A DNA stretch of 62,335 nt, counting the filler, from Squatina squatina (Eukaryota), in NCBI GenBank assembly GCA_031763465.1. It is 4 parts of 4 records of this genome, joined end to end, with 100 filler letters (N's around TTAATTAATTAA, not from the genome) between each part and the next. Parts side by side here need not be neighbours in the genome. Positions count along the whole stretch, not along the records: positions 16,559 to 31,409 come from JARFOE010000046.1; positions 31,510 to 43,859 come from JARFOE010000176.1; 2 more parts are not named here. One strand, given 5' to 3'. Numbering within the stretch: the first letter of the stretch is position 1; every line of letters begins with the position of its first letter. The notes beneath the pieces are model-generated. The model saw only the letters and a program-made list of their open reading frames with translations. It searched no databases and was not told where the DNA came from. This document shows, piece after piece, positions 23,859 to 37,242 of this stretch. Made by a program: the position numbers and the translations under genes.

Positions 23859-25535
23859 NNNNNNNNNNNNNNNNNNNNNNNNNNNNNNNNNNNNNNNNNN
23901 NNNNNNNNNNNNNNNNNNNNNNNNNNNNNNNNNNNNTTCCTTTAAAAAGATAATCAGAAAATGCTGCTTTTTTAAAAAAAAACTGCTGTAATTGCAGAGA
24001 TTTTCTGCCCAACCGCACGAACAAAGAAAGGTTAGTTGTTCCACGTTGGTGTCGATAAGCCGAGCAGAGGTTGTTTGCCGCACTGGTTTGTAGCCCAGTG
24101 GCCCTCAGTGTGCGGTTTGGGCTCACAGGTGAGACGGTGGGGAATACGGAAAGGAAGTAGAGCCACGGTGTGGCGGCAGGCTGGAATTGCACTGCGGTAG
24201 TGGATTGCGGAGCTGACGGGACCCCCGCCCCCTGCAACCGGGGCTGCCGCACTCCACCGTTCACCGCAGCTCCCCGAACCGAAGTGTCACTTGCCGCGGC
24301 CAGACCCCTCCAGCTCCATTGATCAGGATGAAGCAAGAATGTATATTGCATTCGGCCGCGCACCGCGCCTCTCTCAGTTACCCATTTAATGCTCGAATTG
24401 CTAAGAACACAAACTATACGTTTTGTTTTACATTTACCGGTCGATTTTCTGTACTGGTTTAAAGCACCCCAGTGAATGATTGAAATCGCTTCCAGATTCT
24501 AACTATTAGGACCACTCTGGAAGTGAATGTCGCGCTTAGTCCTGTCGCGACCCTCTTATTCTGGCAACCGCTGCTTCGAATGTTTAGGGCGGGAGGAGAG
24601 GAACTATCGTAGCCCTGACTTTAATCAACAGGTCTGCTGCTGTCGGGGCCGCAGCCTGGGCAACATATTGGGGACTCGTTAACGCCGACAGCTTGTCACT
24701 CGCGGTTTGTACTGGAAGCCAGGATAAGACCAGCGAAAATGGCTGATTCAGAATCTCTCCTGGATTAAGAGTCTCCTTCCCGCCTGGTTGTAATCTGTCG
24801 GTTTTACTGATCCTGTCACTATAGGTTTTTGACCCAGCTGAGCCTGAATTTCTGAAATATAAATTGGACACCTCATTTTTTTTAAAATGGGAGTCAATTT
24901 TTCAATCTTGCTTCTGTGTTTTATGTGATGAATGATTACAGCTGCGAAAACTTTCATTTACATAGCGCCTTCAACGTGGTAAATGTCCCTGTGTGCTTTA
25001 TGAAGGTGAAAATGGATGCTAAGCAGCTGGAGAAGAATTAGGGAAGGCACCTGTAGGCTTGGGAGAGCTCGGTTTGGAGGAGGATTTTGAAGATCGTCCA
25101 TGAAGATCAGCTATGATCTAATGGAATGGCGGAGCAGGCTTGAGGGGATGCACAGGCTATTCCTGTTCCTAATATTCCGATGATTCAAAGATGCAGAGAG
25201 ATTATGAGGGCAGAGGAGTTGAAGGCAAGTCTTCCAGAGTGCAGGGTTGAGTTCACCACAGGCGCTACCACACAGCGGAGGGGATGCAAAGGAGATCAGA
25301 GTCCGAGATGTTCGAGGGTGTGCCTTACCATGTGGGACTGGAGGAGGTTGCAGAGTCAGGGGGAAGGACATTGTGAGATTTGTTAATGAGGAATTTTGAA
25401 TTTGGTGCACTGGGGGATAGGAAGGTAATAGAGGTTGCAGGGGAGATGGGTGATGGGGTGTGGGACTTACTGCAGGAGTTGAAGTTTGTGTAGGTGGAAA
25501 CTCAGGAGGCCAGTGAGGAAAGCATTGCAAAACGG

Positions 25536-25626
25536 AAGGTCATCGATTGAAACGTTAACTCTGTTTCTCTCTCCACAGGTGCTGCCTGGCCTGCTGAGTA
25601 TTCCCAGCATTTTCTGTTTTTTTTAT
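25536..25626 (+). mobile_element. Truncated Penelope-type terminal sequence
   Basis: GAAGGTCATCGATTGAAACGTTAACTCTGTTTCTCTCTCCACAG... matches 46503-46578 but lacks the CTGANGA core. Confidence 0.75.
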
Positions 25627-26129
25627 TGTAAAATGGAGCCTGGAGGTAGCAAAGGCATGGATGACAGTCTCAGTGGTGAGGTGATGNNNNNNNNNNNNNN
25701 NNNNNNNNNNNNNNNNNNNNNNNNNNNNNNNNNNNNNNNNNNNNNNNNNNNNNNNNNNNNNNNNNNNNNNNNNNNNNNNNNNNNNNAAAAGGGAAGGTCT
25801 GCGATAGGGTGGGAGGCAGAAGAGATTAAGGGACATTAAGAGATGGTGCAAAGCAAAAGGAGATAATAATGGGCAAGGTAATAAACAAAAGATGAGTCTA
25901 GATGGGGTGTAAATCAGCAACAGCCGTTAGGGGGAAACAAAAACACACAATAACTAAATACATTTTTTAAAAAAATATAGGGGCAGAGGTTGCACGCTTA
26001 TTGCACATTACAATACAGCCTGGCTATCTTTCAGAGGGGTGGAATTGGGTCAGGTCCCAAATTATCAGAAACCCAAGAGGACACATATCATTTTGTTGTT
26101 CTTTTTGTCAGATTTTTGGATTTTTGGGG

Positions 26130-26530
26130 ACTTCATTCAGGTGCCGGAGAGCTGCTGGGTGTTGGAAGTAGCTCTGGCACCGCCTGGCGGTGGCTTTGGC
26201 GCGGCGCTCACACACACACACACAGACAGACACAGAGAGCCTGGGCGAGGCGAGAGCTGCAGACAGCGATCAATAGCAGCTGGAGGGAGGCGCAGTCTTA
26301 GAGTAGCCTATAGCCAGGTCCCAGCACACTCGCACAGCGCTGCTATTGTATGCACACGCGAGCAAATCACGTCCCCACAAGACTCGAGCAGAAGAAGCTA
26401 GAGAGAGAGAGAGAAAAGTGTTTAGTTTTTTTATTTTTTAACCGATAGATTATAAATACTCTTTTTAAAAAAATATTCGCCCACAGATTGCAGAGGGGGT
26501 CAGATTTTCAAATTTATTGCTTAGAGGCTA
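26130..26530 (+). promoter_or_regulatory. Probable alternative promoter / 5'UTR of the short CRMP isoform
   Basis: CpG-enriched tract with (CA)n and (GA)n between exon 1 and the 185-nt exon. The ATG is not seen because a gap follows. Confidence 0.4.
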
Positions 26531-28279
26531 NNNNNNNNNNNNNNNNNNNNNNNNNNNNNNNNNNNNNNNNNNNNNNNNNNNNNNNNNNNNNNNNNNNNNN
26601 NNNNNNNNNNNNNNNNNNNNNNNNNNNNNNGGATTTGTTTTTTTGGGCCAGAAGTTTAACTATTGCTGATTCTTCCCGTTCTGCATGCACTGTGTAACTT
26701 CTGCGGTTCAGAAAGGGCCTGATGCATTCAACCCAGTGCAAGGGCTTTACAGCTACCTCCTGCATTTCCTTCATCTGTTTTTCTTTCAACGGCAAACCTA
26801 ATTAGGCTGTCCCAGCTGCATCCTATAAAGGAAGAGTATTTGATAAAGCTTGAAATGCTTTAATGACTGTAACTCTCCTGGAGACTGGGCGAAAATCGAT
26901 GAAGGGTTTAAAACTCTGACTTCCCTCTCCCTTTGTGTGGCTGCCTGATATACTCTGATCTCTTGGTATATTGCAGAGTTTTTATGACTAGTTCACTAAT
27001 CGGGCATCATAGAACAGAGCCTTTATATTCATGCTTCTCAACATCTCTCTTGTAAAAGGGATCTGCTGTATTCTGAAGAGAGAAGTGTTCTTTGTACTGT
27101 TCCCTTGCTTTTAATATTTTTTACAATATCTAGCATTATACTGTAATGGAAAGCCAGGTCCGTATGTCACAAGAGTAAAGGCCAAGTATTCTCCTGTATT
27201 TAAACAGCTAATAGGAAACAGCAAGGTTTTGGATATCTTTTGCAATCACCTTCCCATGTACCAGGAGGTAGGGGTTTTATTACGATAATACTGCTGTCAG
27301 TTCAAACCAATTAGGAGTGCCTTTCTGGCCTGTCTCTTGTCTTTTTGGGTGGGAGTGTTTGATGCGGGGTGGGGGCGGGGGGAGGAAGCAGAAGGCTTTA
27401 AGACTTTACTGGTTAACTATCACCAAATGTTGACACAAGCACAGAGGTGTGTGCGCGCAGACAGGCAGGCAAGTACACAGACACGCGTGTGCGCGCATAC
27501 ACAGACACACTGACACACACATCCTGTCCCAAATTACCCTTACTGTTAACTAGAATAGCTCCTGTCAAAATGAGAACTGGAGTTTGTAGCTTGGCAGCAC
27601 AAACACAGCATCCATTGTAATAGGCCACCTCTCTGCTTGGATGATGCTGGAGTGCTAAACTACTGTGGCACTTTATTTTTCCTTCTTATTTCCGACCCGT
27701 GCAACCTAATTCAAAGCAGCTTCTGTAGTATTCAAGTGCTGACTGTTTTTAGACATTATGTCACTGAGTGAATGACTCCCTGTGTGCATTCCAACATTAT
27801 CCACCCATTTTTAAAATTAAATTGCTTCTAATATGTTGAAAACAAAAGCTTGGTTTAGTAAATTTGATGTTCAGAGCCCCAGCAAACATTCAGTTTCCCA
27901 CCTAGTCGCATTCTATTAACTAGATCTTGTACTCAAGGAGGTTATGTCCCCTCCCCCATTATATATCCTCATTAGAATTGTCTCCACGTTTCAGTGGAAT
28001 TGAACCACATGCATCTTTCTATGCAAGAGTGTCCAGAATCGTTAAAAGCTTGGCACCTGTTTGCAGAGTTCAGGTGCCAGTGTTGTGTACTTTTTGCACC
28101 CACTTTTGTCAGAGGTCATGCCAGGGTTCCTCTTAGTTTAGATTCTTCCTTCTGGGGACAATGATGAACAGTGTTCTTTCCAATGACTTTGAGGATGGTG
28201 CCACTTAACCCCAGCTTGATCTCACTACAGCCCTTTCGAATGTGCCACCGCCTTTTCATTTGATGATTGGAAGATAGTG

Positions 28280-28735
28280 CTTAATAGGTTTAAAATGGTT
28301 AAATTATGAAAACGGGTTGCATTGTCTAGGCTTGTATTGTCTCGAGTATAGAAGGCTAAAGATTGATCTAATTGAGGTGTTTAAGATAGTTAAAAGATTT
28401 GATCAGGTAGATAGAGAGAAAATATTTCCTCTGGTAGGGGAGCCCAGAACCGGGGGGGCAGAATCTCAAAATTAGAATTAGGCTGTTGTATGTCAGGAAG
28501 CATCTCTTCCTGCAAAGGGTAGTGGAAGTCTGGAACATCTACCCCAAAAATCTGTTGAGGCAAGGCCAATTGAAAATTTCTAAATGGAGATGGATACATT
28601 TTTGTTAGGCAAGAGTTTTAAGGGTTACGGAGCCAAGGCAGGTAGATAGAGTTAAGATACACATCAGCCATGATCTAATTGAATGATAGACAGGCTCGAG
28701 GGACTGAATGGCCTATTCTTGTACTGATCCTATAT
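28280..28735 (+). mobile_element. CR1 LINE 3' end
   Basis: Degenerate YRRL..DLIEVFKI region and the tail CAGGCTCGAGGGACTGAATGGCCTA. Similar tails at 5590-5720, 42560-42830, 54660-54800 and 56705-56905. Confidence 0.8.
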
Positions 28736-30561
28736 GTACTGCGCTAAACCTACATGTGTGGGTAAACCTAGGTAGGTCACCGTCTCAATCCTCGGTCTGC
28801 GCTCAACTAGCTCATGTCAGCCAGGATGATATGGTTTCTACATTTGGCTTGCACTTGAAGGACAGCCACTTGGATGAGGTGTTGGGACAATTCTGGACTG
28901 AGTCCCCACCTTCAAGAGAGGCGTTCATGGGTTAATGAAGGGAAAAGTGAGCCCGGGTTCCTAATCCCGATAGCTGTCCACTCACTCTTGCTGGATCGCG
29001 TGGCTGTTGATGTTTGTTGGGAGAGAATCGAGTTCAGTCTCCATTCCTTTCCATGATCAAATGGCCCAATAACACTTGCAATCTAGGCTCAAAAATGAAC
29101 ATCATTGAGCAGCTATCAGAAAGATGATGTGCTTTGGGAGCCATGCCCTAGCAGAGTCAGTACCTCCTGGAGAGAAGGGGAGCAGTTGAATTATTTTTAA
29201 CATGCAACTGTGCTGCTTGTGTCTGAGGGGACAAGTACGAGAGTAATTTGCTCAACTCCGAGGGAACCAGGATCCAATTTAATGGCGGAACAGGCTCGAG
29301 GGCCTGAATGGCCTACCCCTGTGTCTAACTTATGCCCCTTACCTTCAGGCAGCTATTTTATGTTCTGCTCCTTTCATTCAAAGCCACAGGCTATTGAGTC
29401 ATTTCTTTTAAAAAAGAAACACGTTCATACAAGTTGATCACGCCACATGTTGTGTTGATGAGTTTCATATTTTGCTGAGCCACATACAGAGACCACTAAT
29501 GTATATGTTTGCTTAGAGCTGTCATCGGTTTGTTAGCCTTGTATTTTCCAGTGGGGCCTGTGCTGTGTTTTATGGGCAAATCCTGCTCTCTTACTGGACT
29601 CATTAGACCAAGAGACTCCTTGAAGTTGGTGCATCAATCAAGGCTGAAGTGACTGGTTTTATATATACTTGAGACCAGACCTTTATAACCTACTTATAAC
29701 TAGGGCTGGAATCTAAACCTTTTATTATAAACATTCTATCCCACGGGGACAGTAAAGACTATTGATAATTCCTGTCCTCTCCTCAACACATAAACTGAAT
29801 TTCCCTTACATGTAAATCAAGGGTCTGAATTACTCCCATTGAAAAAGTACAGCTTTAAATTCAGTCCTTGCATTTTTTTTGTTATATGTGTACATATGCA
29901 AAAGAGATGCTGTAACTCACAGCCCGAATTAATTTTACTTACTCAGACAGTGAAAGTATAGTTGGCCCTATGTACATATTGCTTAACCTTCTGTTAAGGA
30001 GTGAACCTGATTATATCGAGCTGCTGGGGATTTGCTAACAGGTTTCTGTTTAATTTATAACCAAAAGGAGATTCGTAAAACATTGCACTCACCTGGGGGG
30101 GGGGAGAAAAAAAGCAAGATCTGCCTGTGACCCCCTTTGGACCCTGCGTTAATCTGTCGCCATGACTGTTCACAGTGCATTGTGGGTAGAGTATCAATTT
30201 GTTCTTCATCTGCATGCAGTAACACCCTGAAGGATTTTGTCTTTTGTTAAATTATGGCCCAACAACATTTTGGAAAGGGATGAGAGTCTAAGACCGCCAT
30301 GTCATGCTCAGACTCCAAATTCTCTGCAGGCAGAAGCAGCAGCGGTGAAAAAGATGCAGCATTAAATAGTTTGATTGCTCCATACNNNNNNNNNNNNNNN
30401 NNNNNNNNNNNNNNNNNNNNNNNNNNNNNNNNNNNNNNNNNNNNNNNNNNNNNNNNNNNNNNNNNNNNNNNNNNNNNNNNNNNNNTGTGTTCTCCATACG
30501 TGGCAATGAGCATTTAAAAATGTTTTAAAATCCCTAAAACTTGCTTTGTTTCTCTCATCAG

Positions 30562-30746
30562 GCAAATAGGCGACAATCTGATTGTCCCTGGAGGCGTGAA
30601 GATCATTGAGGCTCATGGCAAGATGGTTATCCCCGGGGGAATCGATGTGCACACCCATTTTCAGATGCCCTACAAGGGGACCACCACTGCGGACGATTTC
30701 ATTCAAGGAACAAAGGCTGCCCTGGCAGGTGGAACCACTATGATAA
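30562..30746 (+). CDS. CRMP internal exon, DPYSL3-like in sequence
   Basis: 185 nt, CAG/GTGAGT boundaries, [61 protein letters not shown]. Confidence 0.95.
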
Positions 30747-31409
30747 GTGAGTCAGGCAGCCTCCTCATTCATATTTAAAACCGCATCCTTTTAAGCTGCC
30801 CTCCAATTTAAAAAAAATTGCCCCTCTGCACTGCCATTTCAATGGAGCGAATGGAAGTTTTAACAGCACATTTCAACGGAACACATTGTGTATCGAAAGA
30901 AAGCTTCCCGCATGAATATTTTTGCCAATCGTGTTTTGAAGCTGCAGCATCCCACGACCACTTTTGTTTGCTGACATTTGTGATGAATGTGTCAAATTAA
31001 GTATTACTGACGCAGAGCTTTCTTGGGAGTTTAAAACAAAATTGAACTCCCAAGTGTATAGTTTTGTTATTGAGCGGAGTTGAATTCCGCTTCTTTAGTC
31101 TCTCTCCCTTAAGTTCAAAAGCTTGCAGAACAGGAACGAGCTGTGAACTGTAGTGTGCAAAGCATAACTCTGCCCCATCCTCACCGAGTGTTGTGTGCAG
31201 TTCTGGTCACTATACAACTGCAGGGATATCCTGGTCTTGCGGGGAGTTCAAAGAAGAACATGAATTGGACTAGGCACATGAGTTATGAGGCAAGACTTGA
31301 GGTACAAGGCGATTAGAGAAAAAAGGTCATTTAAGATCCAGAATGAAATGGAGAAACGGAATCCCAGAATGATTTTCAAGCTCTGGGACAAACTCTAGAT
31401 TCAGTCTTA

Positions 31410-31509
31410 NNNNNNNNNNNNNNNNNNNNNNNNNNNNNNNNNNNNNNNNNNNNTTAATTAATTAANNNNNNNNNNNNNNNNNNNNNNNNNNNNNNNNNNN
31501 NNNNNNNNN
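31410..31509. other. Synthetic scaffold linker N44-TTAATTAATTAA-N44
   Basis: 12-mer at 31454-31465. Confidence 0.97.
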
Positions 31510-32202
31510 ATGTCAATGGAATATGTATGCCCATATTAAAACAGATTTATTGTATGCCTGAACTCACTTCTGCTTTAAAAAAAACAGAAGTCGCGGGGTC
31601 AAGTAAGAAGTCGATGGAATAGCTTCCAAAGAATTTCCTGCACCAAACTGTGGGGAGCCAGCATAACTGAAGTGGGAAATCCAGGCCAGTATTTGTAGAT
31701 TTGACAGATATAGGAGCTGATTTTACTTGTACTTCCACATTAAACTGTCACCCACGTGGAACACAGAGGACAATTGAGCAGTGGGATTTCCCATCCATTA
31801 GTTTTAATGCCCAAGTGCAAAAGACAAAACTGCTCCATGGTGCATGATCTAAATCCATAAAGATTCAAGTACCTGAGATGACTGCTCAGATTTAGGTTTT
31901 CTGGTATAAGAAACATTTCTGTGACTGATTACTGTAGGGATAGTGTTGATCTGTTATCCTGGAACTCTTCTGAGAGGACAAAGTTCAGCTGCATAGCGCC
32001 TGTCATCGTTGAATAGCTGGCAGTATGTGCACACTGAGATGTGGGTGTGAGGCGTGCAGCCGTGCTAAGTGGGTGAGGTGAAGCTATGAATGAGGTATGA
32101 GGATTGTAGGTAGGTGAGTGATGGGAATGTGGTTCGTTGAACAGTGTGAGAGACTGGTGGTGCAGTTGGTGGGATATGGCATTTGAAGATGAATTCACTG
32201 AT

Positions 32203-32439
32203 CTTGACCGCACGTGTGAGGTCATTAGACTTCTTCCTGTCTTGAGTCCAGGACCTCGCGACTACACAGCTGACATTGACCACATTGGCTATCTGCTCCC
32301 ACTGCAGTCTTGTCTGTTGCCTGGAGTGCCTCTTGGTCCCCTGTGGGAAGAAAGCCTCTCTACTGGAGTTGACCTCCTGGACGAACACCTCCATTTGCAT
32401 CGGAGAACCTTGGTGGCCTTCTCTGGTCTGCTGAACCAT
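32203..32439 (-). mobile_element. PIF/Harbinger Myb/SANT-like DNA-binding ORF remnant
   Basis: EVFVQEVNSSREAFFPQG...QWEQIANVVNVSCVVARSWTQDRKKSNDL fits the trihelix W..IA..VN...R.W.Q.RKK..DL pattern. A PRFSDA motif lies out of frame upstream. Confidence 0.75.
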
Positions 32440-35400
32440 TACGCAATCTTATTTTTCTGTCAGTAGCCTTTAAAAGCACTTCCAGCACCTGTTGCAGGGA
32501 GCAAGCAATGCCCCTTTAAGAGGGCAGACTGCCTTTAAGTAGTGCAGACCTGCTTTAGTTGGAGATAGCCTTGCATGAACTTGGACATCCTGCTGAGCGT
32601 TCAGCCACTCAGCAGTGCCTTCAGTGCACGGCTGAACATTACAATCGTGCAAATTAACAGGCAGCATGAATACTATGTGCTGCCTGCAGTCCTCCAAATG
32701 GACACGGATTGCTATCGCCTCGCGATCCTCGCATCTGTTTTCAAGGCCACCAAATTTCTGAGCAGGGATCTTTCCCAGGGTTCCCTCCTCCAACAAATCA
32801 TCTCAGAGTTATCCAAATTATTTGAAATTGGACTCTCCTACTGCGAGTCTCTAGATTTCAGTTCAAATTCCTTTCCCCAGTTTTAATAATGGCCATATTG
32901 TGATTGCTAAAATATTCAATAGCATTTTTCAACTTCCAACATTTGCTTTCAGGCTTTAAAATGGGATTCAGGCTTAATAGCCTCTTGCAACAGAAGCAGA
33001 TGGTCTGACAGACTGTGGGGGAAAATAATGAGCTTCCATTTTCTGTGTATTTAGATACTCATTTCTTACAATATTCTTAGTCAGGGTCACTTTATGAGTT
33101 GTTAGAAATCTTTGACCCTCCTAAACTGAGATGTTTTAAAGAGCTCTGACTAATGCTTAATGTCAGCTTTGAAGTGGCATTTTATTTTTATGATTTATTT
33201 TTATTAATGCACAATGTGAAACAAATGTGTTGACACAAGATTAACTAGTTTGACAGGGTAGTTCAGCTACTCCCTGAGGCCAGTCTCCTTTGATATCTAC
33301 CAAACACAACAAAGTAAAGAGCTGACAATATTTGATGATTAAAAAAAAAGTCAAACAATTTCTTTAACAAATAGCTTTTTGTCTTTTTGCAAGCCATCAC
33401 ATATAAATAAGTAAACATGCCATGAGAAGTTCAGTGTTTTCAAATGTACATGTACTGGTTTCAGTACCCAGCAACTTGCTCTGCTCNNNNNNNNNNNNNN
33501 NNNNNNNNNNNNNNNNNNNNNNNNNNNNNNNNNNNNNNNNNNNNNNNNNNNNNNNNNNNNNNNNNNNNNNNNNNNNNNNNNNNNNNACCAATCACGTCCG
33601 CTGACTTCCCCCTCCCCCTCCGACGGAAAATTCCCCACATCGTTTTAACTTCAGTCCCATAGGATTTAAGGAACTGCAGAAATCGCAGTGCATCAATTTT
33701 GTCAATGTACCACCAAATTAAATAAGCTTTTGAAGGTGGAATGTAATCTCTGTAACAAATCTTCAGAGTTCACTGATAAAGCTGTTTTTTTCCAACATCA
33801 ACATGGTTATCATTCAATAGTCAGATATCTGTCTGCAAGATTTTCCAAATTCTTTTTAATCCCCTGAGGATCCAAATACTTCTGACACTTTTAAATGTTT
33901 ATTTCAAGTTTTATTACATGCTTTATATTCCTTGTCTGTTGTAAGGTTAACTATTTTCAGTTGTGTGCATAGATGGATGCCTATTTTGTTTGCAGCTATG
34001 CACTCTTTTTATCATTTTGGTTAGCCTGTAAAAGTGAAGCATTTTCAATAAAGATTTCAAGCAAAACAAGTGGGGCTTTCAGTAAGCTGATTACTGCAAT
34101 AAAGTTTTAAGGTACTGTATGAAATAATTACAGAACTTCAAACAAGGGACAATGTGCTATTGTTNNNNNNNNNNNNNNNNNNNNNNNNNNNNNNNNNNNN
34201 NNNNNNNNNNNNNNNNNNNNNNNNNNNNNNNNNNNNNNNNNNNNNNNNNNNNNNNNNNNNNNNNTGCTGACCTACGTCAATTCTTTATTAAAAAAGGTAA
34301 TCTTAACATTTCAAACAGAATTATTGTGGCTCAGAAAGTGGTACTATTGAATGGTGACCCAGTAAAATTTCTCTGGATGAAATTCATGAGTGCACTGTCC
34401 TTTGGAAGTTGCTGGTCATTTTGTTCTGTTGTTACAACAATAGAGAAAAGAAGGAAATATAAACCATCATGGAATTTATTTTGAACCAGTTTTCTGAATT
34501 AGGTTGGGGGAGGATTTGTAACAGGAATATGATTAAAGAAATAGTAAATGATAAAAGGATAAAGCAACACATGAGGATGGCGAAGACCAAGGCATGGAAT
34601 TTATTTGTACATACATTAATGAGCACGTTTACTAGTGGAATAATTGCTGAGACCACTCTGATGCAGGCCTCAAGACAGCTTTGATTAGGATGGCCAGATC
34701 ACTCTTCTGTGCTTTCTACATAACTCATCATGTATTTTTGCAAGAGAAATGGTTATTAATACCTGGACAATGAGTCCTTTGTTTGACAAAAAAGATGCTC
34801 TGGCAATTATGAGTTATTTCATCTTCCGTTGGCCTTGCCAACAATGTATCTTTGTTCTTCAAAATAATATACTTTGCAGATACTTATAGACAGGACATTT
34901 AACACTGAAAGCTTTTTGCCATCAGTTTTTAAATAAGGATGACAACATGGTATAACTGATAAGGCCCTCGGGACCCCCACAGTATTCAGGCAGCTGACAG
35001 TTCCTTTGTTATTGGTTGTAGTGATAGTGATGTTGATTCTGGTGTTGGGGCCAGGAACAGACAGAGAATGGTAAATTGATACCCAGTTCCTGGCACAGTA
35101 TGAAAACCATTAAGTCTTCTGCAGGTCTATGAGAGACTCATTTCAGTTAAAGAAAATGTTTCAACAGTTCCAAAGAGTTCATGATGTGCATTGGGATGTC
35201 TTGCATGGTTCAGTTAAATGTCTCAGGTGTCTATGGATCTCTTAGAAGTACGAAAGAAGACATATAATTTATGACATAGTGCAATTTCACTCATGTGTGC
35301 TTAAAAAATGACTTTTTATAAGGCTTGTTTCATACAAAATGTCAGATTGCAGATCAATATCTTTGATTATTTATTAGTGAATGCTTTGTATTGTTGTGTA

Positions 35401-37149
35401 GTGCTTGACTACATAGTTTAAGGAGTGTGGTGTAATATTATTTCAGCTGTATTTGCACTCTACTGTGCTGTACCATAAAGTTGTAGGAGATGAATTTGTG
35501 CTGGGATTCCCCAAATAATTCATTTTATTAGTTGTGCCATAGTGAGGAAACCATTGTTCAGAGGTCAACATATCCCTCTGAGAGGGGACAGAATATCTGA
35601 GGTGTCCCTCTTGTAGTTCATGATTGCAGTTTGAACACCTTGTTAGATTACAGCTTTCTAATTGCTCCCAGTTATCAAATATAATATTGGGTTGTGTTTC
35701 AGTGCATGTTACGGGGAATAAGTTATTCTTTATATATTATCCCCGTTTAATGNNNNNNNNNNNNNNNNNNNNNNNNNNNNNNNNNNNNNNNNNNNNNNNN
35801 NNNNNNNNNNNNNNNNNNNNNNNNNNNNNNNNNNNNNNNNNNNNNNNNNNNNGGCTTGACATTAGTTTTAAGTGTTGTTTAATTTATAATTGTACTTAAT
35901 TGGCAGATTGTTGGAGATAAGGCTGCATTATTAGAAATTGCACAGCCAATAATACCAAGGAGAGCTCAGCTTTCATTTGGAAGCTGTGAGAAATGAGTTT
36001 GTGTAACTGCAGCAAGTTCATTATTTTTGTATTATTATGCAAAGATAAGTTGCACCAATTTGAATTGAGTGACTCTAATCATNNNNNNNNNNTAATCATA
36101 ACTGTGTGTTCACGTGCTGTGAAATATAGCAGCTTAATGATTTGTATCAAGCTTCGTCTCATCAAGTGCTTGCTTGGTCTGCCTCTGAAGAGATTGAAGT
36201 GCAAGTGCAAAAGACATAACTATTCAACCCAGGTCACAAGGGGGTTATTATTGTTACACTCCTGAGTTATGCTATCCTAGAAGTAGATATAGGACCGTGT
36301 GCATCAACACCCACAAAGATAAGACGCTCAGATTGTTACAGGACCGACTGATGCCACTGAACCCAAGACAGATGCAAATTCCTACCAGGGTGAACAGAAA
36401 AACAGTTTGTTACAGTGGTATTCAATGTTAAATCTTTTATGCATTTACCTGCTTTCCGCTGTGCATGGCCCAGCTGTATCTAGTATTCCTGGCTGAAATT
36501 CTTGACCCCCTCAGTAGCCTTGTTAAATTGTGCAGCCAACTGTATCACATCTATTTAAAGTTTGGTGCCATTGGCTATTTTTGGCTTTGAAGACAAAAAT
36601 ACCATGTGTGAACAATTTTTCATGACCATATACAAACAAACCATTATCATATTCACATTAACCCATACTTTTGTGAGGTTAGCCAGCTTTGGAGCTGAAT
36701 AGCTGTGCTCTTGGCTTACTAATACTGCTTGTGACATTAATGCAGACACCAATGTTATGCCAACAGCTTTTCTGTTCTGAGCAATTTTAACAATCACATT
36801 TCACATAGACACCCCCAAGTGAAAATAGGATAACAACAGTTCTTTAAGTATCAGCCAACTAAATCCCTGCTTAAACTATCTGTTTCGTGTCTCAGTGAAT
36901 CCAAAACAGAGCCTAGCAATGCTGCCAAATTACACTTTATAAAGGCTATGCTATCATGAGTCTCCCAGTAAAAATTTTCCTGAAAACAGTATTTTAGCCT
37001 GCTTTTAAGTCACATCTCCTCAGAAAAACATCAAGGCCTAGAAATTCAAACAGGGTGCACTCTGTGTGCACCTGTTGATGTGGTCGTGGGGACCATGTTA
37101 AATTGGTGCTGCAGTTCAGTGTAATAATTCAAGCGTGCAGCTAATGCGA

Positions 37150-37242
37150 CCTGCACATCTGTTCTGATGATGCCACCTTCCAAACCAGCGCTTCTGACAT
37201 GTCTTCGTTTTTCCTCAACCGAGGATTCCCCTCTACCGTGGT
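37150..37242 (+). mobile_element. Penelope-like element ORF fragment (RT to GIY-YIG linker)
   Basis: ICSDDATFQTSASDMSSFFLNRGFPSTV, matching the ICS...F..RG(F/Y)P motif. Confidence 0.7.

Noticed and set aside
23839-24363. 174-aa minus ORF in the GC-rich CRMP intron
   Set aside because: It crosses a gap and is best explained by stop-poor CpG-island sequence.
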